DNA of 52,353 bases from Bacteriovoracaceae bacterium (GCA_018649885.1 JABIHA010000018.1:62001-114353), one strand, 5' to 3'. Counted from the stretch's first letter, positions 17,245 through 28,000 are shown. Notes: a model not told the origin generated them from the sequence alone. Numbers and translations: made by a program.

Positions 17245-19398
17245 TTATGCCTTAACAGGGAATGAGCTAATCTCATTCCCAAATGCAGAAGTAATGGCAT
17301 TTGCTAGAGCAGGCATAATGACTGGAACTCCAGGCTCTCCCACACCACCAGGTTCTTCATCACTAATGACAACTTGAACATTAACAATTGGCATTTCTTC
17401 ATGTCGTAAAACTGGGTAGTCATGAAAATTTGATTGCTGAATAACGCCATCAACGACATCTATTTTACCATAAAAAAGGGCCCCAATCCCAAAAACTACA
17501 GAACCTTCCATTTGGGCAATGATGGTATCTTTGTTTACAAATTTTCCGCAGTCAATAACTACATCAACTTGTTTGACTGTAACGTCTTCAGCGCTTGACC
17601 CTTCAATTTCTACGGCCATGGCGATATAAGATCTAAAACTATTGTGAGCAGAAAAGCCCATCTTCTTTTTGTGAATGACTTTGTCTTTCCAGCCGCTCAT
17701 ATTTTTGCATTGATTGATTACACTGATGAGTCTTGCCGTATCTTGGGGGCCTCTTTCCGTTTTTCTTTTGACAGGTCGACCTAAGATCAGCTTTCTATAG
17801 TCAACTGGGTCAATACCTTGAGATCTTGCAAGTTTATCGACAAAGCAATTGATGGCAAATGAATGTTGAATATTGCAAACAGCTCTGAGCCAACCTATGC
17901 GTACAGGGGACTTTACCTTGGCAGTTTTTACAGAAATATTTGGGATATTATAGGGAAGGCTTGTGGCCCCCATTCCTGTCTCCCATTTCGCTGGGGTTTG
18001 TGAGCTTGGAATGAATAGTGACATGATGGTGGGATAAACAGTCTTATGCTCCCAAGTAACAGGCACTCCCTTCGAATCAAGAGTTGCTTCAATCTCCTGA
18101 AATGCCTGAGCGTGGTAAAAGCCGTGTTGTATTTCATCTTCTCTACGCCACACAACCTTAACAGGTCCTTCAAGTAATTGGGATAGGGCGACTGCTTCAA
18201 GTGAAAAATCAGCTTGGCTTTTGCGGCCAAAGCCTCCGCCAAGAAATGTTACATTAACTTCAATTTTATTTAGTGGAAGCTTTAAAAAACTTGCTACAGA
18301 TTTTCGTACTCTTTGAGGATCTTGCGATGGGGTCCACAATTTTACTCTCTTTTTTTCTACATGTGCAGTGGCAACTAGTGGCTCCATAGGGGCGTGTACT
18401 AAAAATGGAGAGTGGTAGATTTGTTTGACTGATTTTTTTGTTCTATTTTTATCAACATCTCCCACAGAGTGTACTTTTTTATCTGCTTCTTTTAACTTAT
18501 CTTTTAGATAATCTTCATACGGTCCTTTGAAATTTTTTGAATTGTCTCCAAGGTCCCATTCTACCTTTAATTTTTCAGCACCATCAAATGCTGCCCATGT
18601 ATTATTTGCAATAACTGCAATGGCATTTTGAACCCCAACAGGATTGGGGATTTGTGATAATTGTATTGTTTTAATAACTCCAGCGACTTTTAAAGTCTGT
18701 GTGTCATCGTGTGATATCACTTTACCACCAACGGATGGGCATCTAACTAAGCAGGCGTAAACCATATTTTCAACTTCAACGTCCATTCCAAATACGGCTT
18801 TACCAGCTGCTAGGTCATGGCCATCAATAAGTGGAATTTTTTTCTCTAATAATTTAAACTCAGATCTATTTTTTAGTGTTGGGGCCTTTGGTACTTCAAG
18901 CTTACTTGCTTCAAGTGAAAATTCCCCATAAGGTGCTTTTTTACCGTTATAGATAACAAAACCATTTTCTGATTTTAGCTGTGATCTCTTTGTACCCCAC
19001 TGGGTTGCAGCAGCTGTTTCTATCATTTCTCTGGCAGCGGCGGCCATTACTCTAAGTCTTTCATAATTGAGCCTGATTGATTTTGAGCCATCTGTATTTT
19101 GATCGCCGTATTTGCTATTTCCTGTTGCCTGTACAATTTCAATATCATTTGGGGAAACATTCAACTCTTCACATAGAAGCATGATAATTGAAGTTCTCAC
19201 TCCATTTCCCATTTCAGATCGGTGATTGACTAGTTTTATTTTTCCACTACTTGGGATGGTAATAAATAAATTAGGAGAGAACTCAGTAATATTACTATTT
19301 TTTGAAGTGCATCCAACGGATCCCAAAATTAGGCCACTGGTAGACAGTGCAGTCCACTTTAAAAAGTCTCTTCTTGAGACACTTGTAATATCTATCAT
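17245..19398 (-). CDS. iorB: Xanthine dehydrogenase-family molybdopterin subunit (isoquinoline 1-oxidoreductase beta type), Tat-exported
   Basis: SRRDFLK Tat motif, EMGNGV, HAPMEP, GGGFGRK, GVGEPG; ATGA overlap with iorA sets the start at 19398. Confidence 0.9.
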   Translation of the reverse strand: MIDITSVSRRDFLKWTALSTSGLILGSVGCTSKNSNITEFSPNLFITIPSSGKIKLVNHRSEMGNGVRTSIIMLLCEELNVSPNDIEIVQATGNSKYGDQNTDGSKSIRLNYERLRVMAAAAREMIETAAATQWGTKRSQLKSENGFVIYNGKKAPYGEFSLEASKLEVPKAPTLKNRSEFKLLEKKIPLIDGHDLAAGKAVFGMDVEVENMVYACLVRCPSVGGKVISHDDTQTLKVAGVIKTIQLSQIPNPVGVQNAIAVIANNTWAAFDGAEKLKVEWDLGDNSKNFKGPYEDYLKDKLKEADKKVHSVGDVDKNRTKKSVKQIYHSPFLVHAPMEPLVATAHVEKKRVKLWTPSQDPQRVRKSVASFLKLPLNKIEVNVTFLGGGFGRKSQADFSLEAVALSQLLEGPVKVVWRREDEIQHGFYHAQAFQEIEATLDSKGVPVTWEHKTVYPTIMSLFIPSSQTPAKWETGMGATSLPYNIPNISVKTAKVKSPVRIGWLRAVCNIQHSFAINCFVDKLARSQGIDPVDYRKLILGRPVKRKTERGPQDTARLISVINQCKNMSGWKDKVIHKKKMGFSAHNSFRSYIAMAVEIEGSSAEDVTVKQVDVVIDCGKFVNKDTIIAQMEGSVVFGIGALFYGKIDVVDGVIQQSNFHDYPVLRHEEMPIVNVQVVISDEEPGGVGEPGVPVIMPALANAITSAFGNEISSFPVKA

Positions 19399-19844
19399 GA
19401 GTTTACTCCTGCATTTTGAATAGCATTTGAAATTCTTTGGTAAGTTCCACAGCGACAAATATTACCGCTCATGTGTTCAGAAACTTGTTCACTTGTAGGT
19501 CTTTTGTTTTTATCTAGCAGGGCTGATGCACTCATTATTTGTCCAGGCTGACAATAGCCACATTGTGGAACATTGTATTTCTTCCAGGCCACAAATAGCG
19601 GGTGGTTATCTCCAAGGCTTTCAATTGTCTCAACTTTTGCTCCTGATAACTCAGAGAGCATTGTTTGGCATGATCTGACAGCTTCTCCGTTTACTTTTAC
19701 AGTGCAAGCACCACATAGTCCCTTTCCGCAGCCAAATTTTGTTCCCTTTAATTTTGCATCATCTCTGAGATACCAAAGAAGAGGTTTCTCTTCTTTGGCA
19801 GTACTATATTGTTTGGCATTTATTTGAAAGTTTACTTTTTCCAT
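19395..19844 (-). CDS. iorA: 2x[2Fe-2S] small subunit
   Basis: [28 protein letters not shown]. Confidence 0.93.
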   Translation of the reverse strand: MEKVNFQINAKQYSTAKEEKPLLWYLRDDAKLKGTKFGCGKGLCGACTVKVNGEAVRSCQTMLSELSGAKVETIESLGDNHPLFVAWKKYNVPQCGYCQPGQIMSASALLDKNKRPTSEQVSEHMSGNICRCGTYQRISNAIQNAGVNS

Positions 19845-19856
19845 GAGTTTTTCCCA

Positions 19857-20918
19857 TTATGTTAATTTAATTTTTTGGTAAAAATTGAGATATGAAGTGG
19901 CCGTAGTTTTCCAATTGAATTTCTTTGATTGCTCTAGGTATTTCTCTTCTAGCTCAGCTTGGTGGTCTTTAAATTCAGCCAAACCAATTTCAATGATTTT
20001 TTTCATTTCAATTGGGTCAAAAGAGTCAAAATAGTATGCTAGATCGCCACCTAATTCAGGCAAGCTTGTTTTTCTAGAAATGAAGGCAGGTTTTTTCAAA
20101 GAAAATGCTTCAAGTACCGGAAACCCAAACCCCTCTGCAATAGAGGGGAAAACTAGAGCGCTGCAATTGTGGTAAAGCCACACTTTTTGATTTTCTGTAA
20201 CATTGCCAAGCAATTTAACTCTACAATCTAGCTTTTTATGGCAAATGGTTTGTTTTATTTCTTCAGCATATTGAGTTTGACTATTTCCAGCAATATATAG
20301 ATTAAAACCTTCGAGTTTCTCCATTAAGGGGATAAGTACATGAAAGTTTTTCTTTGGGTCGACGCCCCCAATGGAAAATAAAAAAGGAGCGTCACTACCA
20401 ATATCTGGCTTTTCTTCAGTTTCAACCATCAAAGGGTTTGATCCGAGATAAATGACCTCTAGATTATCATGTGGGATATCAAAGTGTTCTAGCACTTCAT
20501 TTTTAGTGAATTCAGAATCAAAAATTAATCCAACAGATCGATTGATTTTTTTTTGCAATGATTTTTTACGTGCGCTAATCCTTGAAGCTGACTTTCCTAC
20601 ATGTAGGAAATTTAAATCATGAATAGTGAGAATATAGGGGGTGGCTTTTGAATTTGGGTAATACTGAGAGTCTTGGTGAAGAGAATGCCATATATCACAA
20701 TTTGGTGATAAGGCAGAGACGTGCTTGTGAAGCTTACTACTTTTAATATGTTGATCTCGGTTATTAAAAAGGGATTCCGAGTTGGGATAGTAGTAACTAA
20801 AATCCAAATCTTCAGAAGGTATTTCGAGGAGACTCTGGCCTAGGTGATAGCAAAATTGTCCCAATCCAGTATTCAGGTTCTTTGCTCTTTCCATTTCAAG
20901 TAATATATTTTTGGCCAT
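19857..20918 (-). CDS. Glycosyltransferase family 4
   Basis: LTIHDL, PKKN, FPSIAEGFGFPVLEA, SLPELGG. Confidence 0.92.
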   Translation of the reverse strand: MAKNILLEMERAKNLNTGLGQFCYHLGQSLLEIPSEDLDFSYYYPNSESLFNNRDQHIKSSKLHKHVSALSPNCDIWHSLHQDSQYYPNSKATPYILTIHDLNFLHVGKSASRISARKKSLQKKINRSVGLIFDSEFTKNEVLEHFDIPHDNLEVIYLGSNPLMVETEEKPDIGSDAPFLFSIGGVDPKKNFHVLIPLMEKLEGFNLYIAGNSQTQYAEEIKQTICHKKLDCRVKLLGNVTENQKVWLYHNCSALVFPSIAEGFGFPVLEAFSLKKPAFISRKTSLPELGGDLAYYFDSFDPIEMKKIIEIGLAEFKDHQAELEEKYLEQSKKFNWKTTATSYLNFYQKIKLT

Positions 20919-20919
20919 A

Positions 20920-21813
20920 TTATTTTATCAATATAAAATTTTTATATTCACCTATTCTATAACCTGTTATTTTTTCAATGCAATCAGAAACCGCAAGACT
21001 TACATCTTTAATATTAAAATCTAAATTAAGAGAATGAATATCGAGATCATTTCTATTTTGAGAAATCCATTCTTTCATGACTTCAGGGTGAGTGCCTGTG
21101 AATTTTTTTATTCCCCAAATCTTCTTATATTCAAAGTCCTCTTTCTTTTCAAATTCAGACCCATGATAAAATTTATCCATAACCTTAATTTTATCTTTCA
21201 TAACCTGCTCTTTTCTGGCCCAACCATAATGAAAAATTCTAGCAGGTGTTTGAATGGCCTTAATCTTTCTTCCGTCCGAATGCTTAAACCCTTGGGCGTC
21301 GAGATGACTTTTAATTCCTAGTCCATTTCGGATTAGCCTAACTTCTCTTCTGTATATTCTTCTAGTTTGTAGTATTGCGTCTACGTTGCCATAGAAATGA
21401 GTGTAGTTATAGATAAGGCCATCTACTTCAGGTCTTTGCTCCATTTCTTTAACAGAGCTCTCTATGGTCTTTAAGTCATCTTCGTGGATCGCCTCATCAC
21501 CTTGGATATACTGAAGATACTTTCCCTTACACTTTTCAAGAGCAATATTAGTTTGGACGGATAAAATAAGTCCTTGGCTAGTAAGTTCTGGGTCCCAGTG
21601 CGATTTGATAAACTTGAATTTACCCTTCGGGAAATTATCGTTTAAGTATTCCCAGGTGCCGTCATCTTTTTCTAGATTAGGGTCGTCGTATCCAACATTA
21701 ATCACAACTTCATCGCAAAGTGCTTCTATACTTTGGATGCTTTCTTTGATGGGATACCCGAGTGTCAGGCCATGTTTAATGAATGTGAAACCCGATATAT
21801 TTGGTTGTGACAT
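20920..21813 (-). CDS. Glycosyltransferase, GT-A fold (GT2-like)
   Basis: ISGFTFIK..YP..ESI.S, DDGT, IQGDE, HYGW; start moved to MSQPNIS. Confidence 0.82.
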   Translation of the reverse strand: MSQPNISGFTFIKHGLTLGYPIKESIQSIEALCDEVVINVGYDDPNLEKDDGTWEYLNDNFPKGKFKFIKSHWDPELTSQGLILSVQTNIALEKCKGKYLQYIQGDEAIHEDDLKTIESSVKEMEQRPEVDGLIYNYTHFYGNVDAILQTRRIYRREVRLIRNGLGIKSHLDAQGFKHSDGRKIKAIQTPARIFHYGWARKEQVMKDKIKVMDKFYHGSEFEKKEDFEYKKIWGIKKFTGTHPEVMKEWISQNRNDLDIHSLNLDFNIKDVSLAVSDCIEKITGYRIGEYKNFILIK

Positions 21814-21935
21814 ATTTAATCTCAGCTTTATTTCCAATGGAAATTCTACCCCATTCATTATAATATTGGGTGAATATTCGCCAGTTTTTCGTAAAGAAAA
21901 ATTACTGCGGTGAAAAAATACTTTTGGAGGATACA

Positions 21936-23654
21936 ATGGCCGTTTTTAAAACTGATCTAGAGGATATTTATTTTAACCTATTCAAAGATCTAAATGTGGC
22001 AGAGCTCGCCCCCGACTTAGGTGAAGATGGCATTAAAGATGTAATTGGCCAGTTTGATAAATTTGTTGGTGCTGAAATATTCCCCAATCGTACTAAGGCC
22101 GATGAAGAGGGCGTGAGTTTAGTTGATGGTCAGGTTAAAGTTCCCGAATGTTATAAGAAAGCAAAAAATAGTTTCTATGACAATGGCTGGTTTGCTCTTG
22201 GTCAGCCTGAGGATATCGGTGGAATGCCTGTTCCTGAAGTAGTTTCACTAGCATGTACTTCAATTTCTACTGGAGCCGATACGTCTTTTGGAATGTATCC
22301 TGGGCTGACGAAAGCGGCCCTCAATGTCATTAGATTAGTTGGTACTCAGGAGCAAATAGATCAGTATATCCCATCAATGATGGAAGGTAAGTGGGGCGGA
22401 ACCATGTGTTTAACTGAAGCTGGAGCTGGCTCAGACGTTGGCGCTCTTCGCTCAACTGCTAAACCCCTTGATAACGGACGGCACTTAATTTCTGGAACAA
22501 AAATTTTCATTTCTTCAGGAGACAATGACCTTTATGACAATATTGTTCACCTAGTTCTTGCCAGAACACCAGAGGGCCAACCTGGAACTAAGGGAATCTC
22601 TCTTTTTATAGTGCCTAAGTACAAAATTGGTGCTGATGGAAGCGTGGGAGAATCAAACGATGTGGTATGTAGCAAAGTAGAAGAAAAAATGGGGATTCAC
22701 TCTCAGGCAACCTGTGAGCTGCAGTTTGGAGCAAATGGTAACTGTGAGGGGTGGCTTATAGGAGAAGAGTTTGATGGCATGACCAATATGTTTATCATGA
22801 TGAATGAAGCCAGACTTTTATGTGCGATTCAAGGTGAGGGTCAATCAAGTCTTGCTTACTCCCTGACAAAACAATATGTGGAAGAAAGAGTCCAATTTGG
22901 AACCGAAATTGGGAATCATCCTGATGTGAAAAAAAATATGTTGAAAATGAGGGCCATGTGTCGTGGGATTAGATCTTTGATTTATTATACGTCTCATCTT
23001 TTTGATTCTAAGGAAGAGAGTGCAGAAGCAGAAGTGGCGCTTTTGACACCTCTTTGTAAAGCCTATTGTACAGATGAGGCAATGCTGATCGCTTCAAACG
23101 CCATTCAAATGCACGGTGGATATGGATATTGTAGTGAATATGGAATTGAGCAATTCCTAAGAGATATTAAAATTTCTGCCATTTATGAAGGAACGAATGC
23201 CATTCAGGCAACTGACTATGTCATGAGAAAAATTCTAAAAGATGGTGGAGCTGCTTTTCAGTCTCTGGGCTCCAAAATACAAAAAACTCTTTCTAACCCT
23301 GTGGCCGCAAACTGGGAGAAAGAAGTGGCCTCCATGGGTGCTTCTATGCAAAAAGCTGTGGAAATCTTGGGAGTATTTGGTGAAAAGGCAAAAGCAAAAG
23401 ATTATAATGGTGTTCTACAGCATTGCTGTGAGTTTCTAAGCTTTTCAGGAAATCTTATTGTCGCTTGGAGGCTACTCGAGCATGCAATTATCGCGCATGA
23501 ATCCATAGATTCAGCTGCTGATGCTGAGAAAAAATACTTGAGTACTAAGGTCGATGACTTTAGAGTTTTTTGCCAATACTATCTTGTAAATAACATCTCT
23601 CTTTCAAAATTAATTACGGGTTGCGACTTAGATGTGGCTTCACTAGAGCTTTGA
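21936..23654 (+). CDS. Acyl-CoA dehydrogenase
   Basis: MCLTE..AGSDVG, GTKIFIS, KMGI, MNEAR, Q.HGGYG, IYEGTN; ATG 21936 after GGAGG. Confidence 0.95.
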   Translation: MAVFKTDLEDIYFNLFKDLNVAELAPDLGEDGIKDVIGQFDKFVGAEIFPNRTKADEEGVSLVDGQVKVPECYKKAKNSFYDNGWFALGQPEDIGGMPVPEVVSLACTSISTGADTSFGMYPGLTKAALNVIRLVGTQEQIDQYIPSMMEGKWGGTMCLTEAGAGSDVGALRSTAKPLDNGRHLISGTKIFISSGDNDLYDNIVHLVLARTPEGQPGTKGISLFIVPKYKIGADGSVGESNDVVCSKVEEKMGIHSQATCELQFGANGNCEGWLIGEEFDGMTNMFIMMNEARLLCAIQGEGQSSLAYSLTKQYVEERVQFGTEIGNHPDVKKNMLKMRAMCRGIRSLIYYTSHLFDSKEESAEAEVALLTPLCKAYCTDEAMLIASNAIQMHGGYGYCSEYGIEQFLRDIKISAIYEGTNAIQATDYVMRKILKDGGAAFQSLGSKIQKTLSNPVAANWEKEVASMGASMQKAVEILGVFGEKAKAKDYNGVLQHCCEFLSFSGNLIVAWRLLEHAIIAHESIDSAADAEKKYLSTKVDDFRVFCQYYLVNNISLSKLITGCDLDVASLEL

Positions 23655-23671
23655 GTATTTTGATGCTACAC

Positions 23672-23703
23672 TAGTTTTAGTTTTAGTTTTAGTTTTAATT
23701 TTA
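23672..23703 (+). repeat. Hexanucleotide tandem repeat (TAGTTT)x4 plus degenerate unit
   Basis: Read directly in the intergenic gap before 23720. Confidence 0.85.
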
Positions 23704-23719
23704 AACAGTTAGGCATGTA

Positions 23720-24535
23720 GTGCTAGAAAAAATTGAGTCCCTCATAGAGGAGTTCAACAAGGAGACACACGGGAGCACAGATTACGGTAAAGATAGAATC
23801 TACATTATGGGGAGTGAAAAGGGCCTATATAGTCCTTTAAAATTTGTAGATAAAAAAATTCCGAATCTGGGTGGACTGGATGAGCTGGGCAAAATTGGTT
23901 TTGCTTATGTAGCTTATAACTTTCTTGAAAACTCCAATTTCTTGTCTTGGTATGAAAAGCAATTTGGAAAAAAATTATCTTCCAAAGAACAAGGCACAAT
24001 CGAAATATTGGCCCTTTGCGAAGACAAAGTCATCTTTGATTCCCTCGAAACTATTCATAAATGTTACGACACTTTAAGAGATCAGTTAATTCTCATCAAT
24101 TCTAAAAACCTGCCGGTTCAGGTCGGAGAGTGGTATGCAAAAGCAATCTTTGGACTGAGACAAGTAAAGTCAACCAGCCAAAGAGGTTTTGATTTCTATC
24201 AAAATAATTCACGAGTTGAAGTGAAGATTCACTGGAGTGATGTCTCGTCCCCTAAGGGAGTTAAGCTCAGAAAGTCTCTTGTTAGCTTAGCTGACAGTGT
24301 AGTGGTGGTGTATGTGGCCAAAAATTTTCTGATCAGGGATATCTGTTTTTTAGACTCTGATTTTGTGCTCAGAAAATTTTCCGGCAAGGGACACACTATT
24401 TTTCTAAAGGACTCTGAGATCTCTGGATATTTTTTCTCGAAGTCAGATAAGCACTTCGATAAGGTTCTCAATAAAACGGCATTGATGCGATTTGCCTCTC
24501 CGAACTTGGCGATGAAACTTGACGGTAGGATATAA
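23720..24535 (+). CDS. Hypothetical protein with a PD-(D/E)XK nuclease-like C-terminal domain
   Basis: VGEWYA...QRGFD...RVEVK pattern. Confidence 0.6.
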   Translation: MLEKIESLIEEFNKETHGSTDYGKDRIYIMGSEKGLYSPLKFVDKKIPNLGGLDELGKIGFAYVAYNFLENSNFLSWYEKQFGKKLSSKEQGTIEILALCEDKVIFDSLETIHKCYDTLRDQLILINSKNLPVQVGEWYAKAIFGLRQVKSTSQRGFDFYQNNSRVEVKIHWSDVSSPKGVKLRKSLVSLADSVVVVYVAKNFLIRDICFLDSDFVLRKFSGKGHTIFLKDSEISGYFFSKSDKHFDKVLNKTALMRFASPNLAMKLDGRI

Positions 24536-24569
24536 CATATTGTTAATAGGTATATTCTCTTGAAAATAT

Positions 24570-24585
24570 TGACACTCCACTGACA
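24570..24585 (+). promoter_or_regulatory. Putative OmpR-family response-regulator box
   Basis: TGACA-CTCCAC-TGACA; near-identical box at 26874-26889. Confidence 0.6.
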
Positions 24586-24619
24586 AAAAAAGTTTTATCT
24601 TGCCCTATATTAGGACACG

Positions 24620-26182
24620 ATGAAGAAGTATGCTCTCATAATTACATCAACAATCTTACTGGCCTTTGGTCTAGGTCAATTTGGGCTTTCTCTTTTGGTA
24701 AGTGCCAGGCCTACTGAAGAAGATAAGAGAAATATTGAAGAGTTGAAGCAGTACTTTATTGATAATGCTAAAACTATTGCCACTATTAATCTGCAATCTA
24801 TTTATTATAGTGAATCGCAGTATGAGCTTATTGATCCAATTTTAAATATTAAGTCCAGAAGGAGTCGTTTTCAATCGCAGGTTGAGGATCCAAGGGGACT
24901 TAAATGTACTTCAAAAAGATTGAGCCCTCTTTCTTACACGGTATTTTCCAAAGAAAATGTTTGGGAAGATTACTTGTGTGGTAGAAAGAAATTTCTTCCC
25001 TCAAAATTTTTTGAAGTACCTCCCTATCTTCATTCCTCTGGTAGAAGTTATGCATTCCTCGCTTTCAAATCAAACTCTGCTGAATTTAAGAGTGATTACT
25101 GGTTTTTGGAAAACCTGAGATTTTTTCATCTTGAAGAGCTTAGCCAAAACCTACATTTACTTAAAAAGTTTAAAGGGAATTTAAAATACCTCGCTGTTAT
25201 CGGTCCCTCTGGGGTCAGATCCATGGCAAAGGGAGAATCACCTCTTCTGACTAAGGATTATTTCGTTACACTCAATTTTGGGAAGAAAGGAAACTTTGGA
25301 CTTGAGTTTAATCTCCATGAAAGAAGGGAGTTGGAATATTTTCTTGAAAGGACGCCTTTTAAAATAAGGGCCTATACTCCCGGAAGGCCTTGTTTCCTAG
25401 TTGATGGTGGAATTTGTTGGGAGAAGGAGCTGGGCGCTTTTATCAAAGGCATAAATAGACCTGCTCTATTTTTCCTAGGCCTATTAACACTTGGTCTTGG
25501 TCTTCTGTTAAGGCATCTATTTGTCATTATTAAAGGAGACAGCGTAGAGCGCGAACAAAAAAGATTGGCGCTAAGGGTTTTAACTCACGAGTTTAGAACC
25601 CCTGTCACAAGTCTAATTATTCTAGTGGAAGGATTGATGGAAAAGCTTGAAGATCTAACACCAGATGATCAAGTGACAATTCTTCGCATGAACCGTGAAA
25701 TTTATAGAATGCAAAGACTAACTGAGCTTTCTAATCACTATCTAAGCCTTGAAGATAAAACAAAAATAATCTCTGGAAAAGTTGAAAAGCTAGAGTCCAT
25801 AAATGAGTTCTTACTCAATTTAGCTGAGGACTATGAGGGGATTCAAGTAAAAACTCTTGCGGTTGATCAATCATTTTCTACAAATATTTTTTGGCTTCAC
25901 TTATGTGTGAAAAACCTTGTTGAAAATGCCTTTAGGCACGGTATCCCCCCCATCGAATTAGGTTTGAAAAGAATGGGGAACTACCTAGTTATTTATGTCA
26001 AAGATTGCGGGGAAATTGAAACTGAATTAAAAAACATAACCAAAGCTTTTTCAAAGGGAAAACTAAGTGAAGGAGTGGGGTTAGGACTCAATATTGTATC
26101 GAGAGTAGTAAGTGATTTAGGTGGTGAATTAAAATTAGAAAAAAAACCAACATGCTTTAGCATATGGTTGAAGGAAAAATGA
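24620..26182 (+). CDS. Sensor histidine kinase, periplasmic domain resembling DUF3404 (VxrA/WigK type)
   Basis: Two TMs, HEFRTP H-box, NLVENAFRHG, D.G, GVGLGL; HSSGRSYA and Cys pattern in the sensor domain. Confidence 0.88.
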   Translation: MKKYALIITSTILLAFGLGQFGLSLLVSARPTEEDKRNIEELKQYFIDNAKTIATINLQSIYYSESQYELIDPILNIKSRRSRFQSQVEDPRGLKCTSKRLSPLSYTVFSKENVWEDYLCGRKKFLPSKFFEVPPYLHSSGRSYAFLAFKSNSAEFKSDYWFLENLRFFHLEELSQNLHLLKKFKGNLKYLAVIGPSGVRSMAKGESPLLTKDYFVTLNFGKKGNFGLEFNLHERRELEYFLERTPFKIRAYTPGRPCFLVDGGICWEKELGAFIKGINRPALFFLGLLTLGLGLLLRHLFVIIKGDSVEREQKRLALRVLTHEFRTPVTSLIILVEGLMEKLEDLTPDDQVTILRMNREIYRMQRLTELSNHYLSLEDKTKIISGKVEKLESINEFLLNLAEDYEGIQVKTLAVDQSFSTNIFWLHLCVKNLVENAFRHGIPPIELGLKRMGNYLVIYVKDCGEIETELKNITKAFSKGKLSEGVGLGLNIVSRVVSDLGGELKLEKKPTCFSIWLKEK

Positions 26183-26841
26183 TGAATCAAATCCTTTTAG
26201 TAGAAGATGACCCAAGCTTAGGGGAGAGCTTAAAAAGCTTTCTTGTTAAAGAGGGATTTAATATTGATTGGGTACAACAATTAAGTGAGGCCAGAAAGCG
26301 AGACTTAATGGATTACTCATTAGTCATTTTAGATTGGATGCTTCCCGATGGTCAGGGAATTGATTTTCTGAAGGAAATCAAAGAAAAAAATATTGGAATA
26401 CCTGTACTAATGTTAACTGCTAGGGTTGATTTGATAGATAAGGTATTAGGCTTAGAGTCGGGGGCCAATGATTATCTAACCAAGCCTTTTGAGCCCAGAG
26501 AGCTGCTCGCTAGGGTGAGAGTCCAAATGAGAACTTCTCACAAAATTGAAGAGATCACGCTTCTTGAGTTTAGTGAGCTAAGAATTAATTTGGAAAGAAG
26601 AGAAGTACTCTTGCAAGAAAGTGCAGTAGAGATGACCAAAATGGAGTTTAATCTCCTGACCTTATTAGCAGGGTCTCCCGGCCGGGCATTTTCTAGGGAA
26701 GAGATTCTCAATAAAGTTTGGGGGTTTGAATCCTATCCTTCAACAAGAACTGTTGACACCCATATATTGCAGCTAAGGCAGAAGATAGGAGACAACTATT
26801 TTCAGACTATCCGCGGAATAGGATATAAATTTAACGCGTAG
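26179..26841 (+). CDS. OmpR/PhoB-family response regulator
   Basis: LLVEDD, LDWMLP, TKPF, RTVDTHI..LRQK, TIRGIGY. Confidence 0.95.
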   Translation: MMNQILLVEDDPSLGESLKSFLVKEGFNIDWVQQLSEARKRDLMDYSLVILDWMLPDGQGIDFLKEIKEKNIGIPVLMLTARVDLIDKVLGLESGANDYLTKPFEPRELLARVRVQMRTSHKIEEITLLEFSELRINLERREVLLQESAVEMTKMEFNLLTLLAGSPGRAFSREEILNKVWGFESYPSTRTVDTHILQLRQKIGDNYFQTIRGIGYKFNA

Positions 26842-26862
26842 CCCTTTCTCCGGGCTACATTC

Positions 26863-26889
26863 TTACAAACACTTTACACTCCTCTGACA
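26863..26889 (+). promoter_or_regulatory. Triple 11-bp-period box upstream of the DsbA-family gene
   Basis: TTACA (26863), TTACA (26874), TGACA (26885). Confidence 0.6.
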
Positions 26890-26964
26890 TTTAAACGTAG
26901 CAAGTAACCGAAGATCATAAACAACGAAAGGGAATTAACACAAGAATTCCCACGAGGAGAAGGT

Positions 26965-27753
26965 ATGAAAAGGGCAGCAGCGATTATTATTTCAAGCGTT
27001 TTACTTACGGCTTGTAGTCAGACACCCAGTGAAAAGCAAGTGGCCGATGTAATCGAAAAAAATCCAGAAATTATATTTAAGGCAATAGAAAAAAGTCCTG
27101 AGAAATTCCTAGAAGTTCTCAGCAAGGTGACGGAAAGGGCACGAGAATTAGAGGCAAAAAAACGAGAGCAAGCAGAACTTGATGAATTTGAGAAACGCAT
27201 GGACAATCCTTTTACTCCTGCAATTGACAAAAATGTAGCATACCTAGGCACAAAAGATGCTCCTCTTACTCTCGTTGAATACTCTGATTTTCAGTGCCCT
27301 TTTTGTGCAAGAGCAAATACCACTGTTAAATCCCTTCTTAAAAAGTACAAAGGTAAAATTAGATTTATCTACAAGCACCTTCCTCTTAGCTTTCACCCTC
27401 AAGCTCAAATTGCAGCACAGTATTTTGAGGCCATTAAATTACAGAATATGGAACTGGCTTTTAAATTTCATGACAAGGTCTACTTTAATCAAGGAAGGCT
27501 AAAAGAGGGCGAGAGATACTTGAAAAGCGCAGCAAAAGAATTAGGAGTCAATATGAAACTATTAGCAAAACAAATCACCGCAAAGGAGGTGCTATCAAAG
27601 ATTAAAAAAGATGCAGATGAAGCAGAAAAATTCGGTTTTCGGGGGACCCCTGGGTTTCTTCTTAACGGAGTACCCATCAAAGGGGCCTATCCCCTGGAAC
27701 ATTTTGAAATGATTATTACTAAACTCCAAGGCAAAGGAAAGCTTTCGATTTAA
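26965..27753 (+). CDS. DsbA-family thioredoxin-fold lipoprotein
   Basis: LTAC lipobox, SDFQCPFC, HLPL.FH, GTP. Confidence 0.92.
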   Translation: MKRAAAIIISSVLLTACSQTPSEKQVADVIEKNPEIIFKAIEKSPEKFLEVLSKVTERARELEAKKREQAELDEFEKRMDNPFTPAIDKNVAYLGTKDAPLTLVEYSDFQCPFCARANTTVKSLLKKYKGKIRFIYKHLPLSFHPQAQIAAQYFEAIKLQNMELAFKFHDKVYFNQGRLKEGERYLKSAAKELGVNMKLLAKQITAKEVLSKIKKDADEAEKFGFRGTPGFLLNGVPIKGAYPLEHFEMIITKLQGKGKLSI

Positions 27754-27877
27754 TACCCTCCGTAAGGCCTCTAAGCCGGTATTCTCCCTCCTACCAACCA
27801 CATACGGCTTAGAGGTTCTTATTAATCCCACCTCACTCAATCTACAAAAAAACCCTAGTCATGTGACTAGGGTTTTT
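27754..27877 (+). ncRNA. Candidate structured 3'UTR/sRNA with C-rich loop
   Basis: Stem 27768-27782/27802-27815 enclosing TCTCCCTCCTACCAACCAC; ends in a terminator. Confidence 0.35.
27846..27877. terminator. Bidirectional intrinsic terminator
   Basis: AAAAACCCTAGTC-ATGT-GACTAGGGTTTTT between convergent genes. Confidence 0.9.
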
Positions 27878-28000
27878 GCATTTTATTATTTATCTTAATT
27901 GGGTTTAAAAACTGTAGTTTGGGTTAACGCATCAAGGTATGTGCTTGGAATTTCAGCATACTTTTGGAAGTGGGCGAAGTACAGATATCAAAAACGTCTT

